In this document: positions 62,847-64,000 of the stretch, piece by piece
Numbering within the stretch: position 1 is the first letter of the stretch
Layout of the letters: the number at the start of each line of letters is the position of its first letter
NCBI GenBank assembly: GCA_963758635.1
Contig: CAVWWD010000007.1
Span: 384,001 to 448,000, forward strand
Direction of reading: 5' to 3'
DNA from: an uncultured Candidatus Rokubacteria bacterium
Lineage (GTDB): Bacteria; Methylomirabilota; Methylomirabilia; Rokubacteriales; CSP1-6
Length of the DNA: 64,000 nucleotides
The notes under the pieces: generated by a model
What the model saw: only the letters and a program-made list of their open reading frames with translations
Told to the model about the DNA's origin: nothing
The model's database searches: none
Program-made: the position numbers and the translations under genes

Positions 62847-64000
62847 TCAGGGGCGGGGTCTGGACTTGGGGAGGGTGCGGAGGGTGTCCTCGAAGGCCTG
62901 GAGGGTGGTAGCGACCTCGGCGTCGGCGTGGGCGAGGGAGACGTACATCTTCTGGGAGTTCTTCACGACGCCGCGCTTGATGAGGCCGGTGGTGAGCGCA
63001 CGGCCGAGGGTGGCGTCGGCGGCCTGGAGGGAGCGGTAGTCGGTCACGGGCTCTGCGGTGAACAGCAGGTCGAACACCACCGGCTCACCCACGACCTGCG
63101 CGGGCAGGCCGGACTTCTCGGCGAGAGCGGCGATGCCGGCCATGAGCCGGCGACCGGTGCCGTGGAGCGTCTCGTAGGCGCCAGGGCGGCGTAGCTCGGC
63201 CAGCGTGGCGAGGCCGGCGACGGCGGCGATCGGGTTGCCGTTGAGGGTGCCGGACTGCGAGATGAAATCGCCGTGCCCGTCCTGCTGCGGATCGAACGGG
63301 CGCATCAGCTCCTCGGCCCCGCACACCGCGGCGAGCGGGAAGCCGCCGCCCACGATCTTCCCGACGGCGGCCAGGTCGGGCACGACACCGTAGTACTGCT
63401 GGGCCCCGCCGTAGGCCAGCCGGAAGCCGGTGACCACCTCGTCGAACACCAGCAGCACGCCGTGCCGGCGCGTGATCTCGCGCAGGCCCTGGAGGAAGCC
63501 GGGCTGGGGCGGGACCAAGCGCTGGAAGGGCTCCACGATGACCGCGGCGAGCTCGTCGGCGTGCGCGGCCACGATGCCCTCGACGGTGCCGAGGTCGTTG
63601 TACGGCGCCACCAGCACCTCCGCCTCGATGGCGTGCGGGATGCCCGAGGAGTCCGGCACCGGCGCGGGGAACGCCTTGGGCGACCGCGGCGACGAGCTCA
63701 TCATGGCGTAGTCGTGCGCGCCGTGGTAGCCGCCCTCGAACTTGAGGATCTTGTCGCGCTTCCTGTACGTGCGCGCCACGCGCAGCGCGAAGAAGGTGGC
63801 CTCGGAGCCCGTCGAGGTGAAGCGCACCTGCTCGGCGCACGGCATGGCCCGGCAGATCTCCTCGGCGAGCTGGATGATCGGCTCGTTGACCATGAAGTAC
63901 GTGCTCCCGCCCTCGATCTGCTCGCGCACCGCCGCCACCACCGCGGGATGCGCGTGGCCCAGGACGAGCGGACCGGAGGCGAGCACGTAGTCGACGTACT
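62847..64000 (-). CDS. Class III aminotransferase, glutamate-1-semialdehyde aminomutase-like (5' end outside the window)
   Basis: YVDYVLASGPLVLGHAHP, FTSTGSEAT, KFEGGYHG, FDEVVTGFR, GKIVGGGFP, SGTLNGNP. Confidence 0.88.
   Translation of the reverse strand, partial: YVDYVLASGPLVLGHAHPAVVAAVREQIEGGSTYFMVNEPIIQLAEEICRAMPCAEQVRFTSTGSEATFFALRVARTYRKRDKILKFEGGYHGAHDYAMMSSSPRSPKAFPAPVPDSSGIPHAIEAEVLVAPYNDLGTVEGIVAAHADELAAVIVEPFQRLVPPQPGFLQGLREITRRHGVLLVFDEVVTGFRLAYGGAQQYYGVVPDLAAVGKIVGGGFPLAAVCGAEELMRPFDPQQDGHGDFISQSGTLNGNPIAAVAGLATLAELRRPGAYETLHGTGRRLMAGIAALAEKSGLPAQVVGEPVVFDLLFTAEPVTDYRSLQAADATLGRALTTGLIKRGVVKNSQKMYVSLAHADAEVATTLQAFEDTLRTLPKSRPRP

Noticed and set aside
62847..64000. Assigning hemL and linking it to heme supply for the cytochromes
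   Set aside because: GSA-aminomutase-like paralogs are common, no other hem genes are present and the gene is partial; the family is clear but the function is not.
1..64000. Mobile element, prophage, tRNA or rRNA; specific taxonomic assignment
   Set aside because: No integrase, transposase, phage gene or structured RNA gene was recognised. The gene style is compatible with high-GC soil lineages such as Rokubacteria, but there is no marker gene to support a call.

Overview
A very GC-rich (about 70% by eye), gene-dense bacterial window from an organism with an outer membrane (beta-barrel porins, RND outer-membrane factor). Many genes are broken by single-base frameshifts, a pattern that fits uncorrected long-read indels better than real decay, so genes were rebuilt across frames and many ends are approximate. 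Main content: (1) 1-7.3 kb, a mosaic of gene remnants, a cation/H+ antiporter, 5'-nucleotidase, epimerase and a VapBC-type TA pair; (2) a minus-strand run of about 27 kb containing an OprD porin, Orn/Lys/Arg decarboxylase, aspT-aspD-aspT, DUF3300-DUF2950 and a PAS-LuxR regulator, followed by the standout locus: NapC/CymA tetraheme, MtrA/MtoA-type decaheme, MtrB/MtoB porin, monoheme cytochrome c, selenocysteine formate dehydrogenase (FdnG with in-frame UGA and SECIS), Fe-S subunit, NrfD/HybB anchor, diheme cytochrome c, two PilT-family ATPases and a cNMP-binding protein; (3) a wHTH-AAA-TPR regulator, GH63 and GH13 glycosidases and an RND efflux system; (4) an atypical nap operon (napD-napA-multiheme-4Fe4S-NrfD, without napC/G/H); (5) Ca2+/H+ antiporter, K+ channel, ABC transporter and a class III aminotransferase. 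The best candidate for an undescribed system is the porin-cytochrome conduit (MtrAB without MtrC) placed directly upstream of a Sec-formate dehydrogenase with a HybAB-like quinone module. I saw no rRNA, tRNA, CRISPR array, integrase or transposase. All family assignments come from motif recognition, not database searches.
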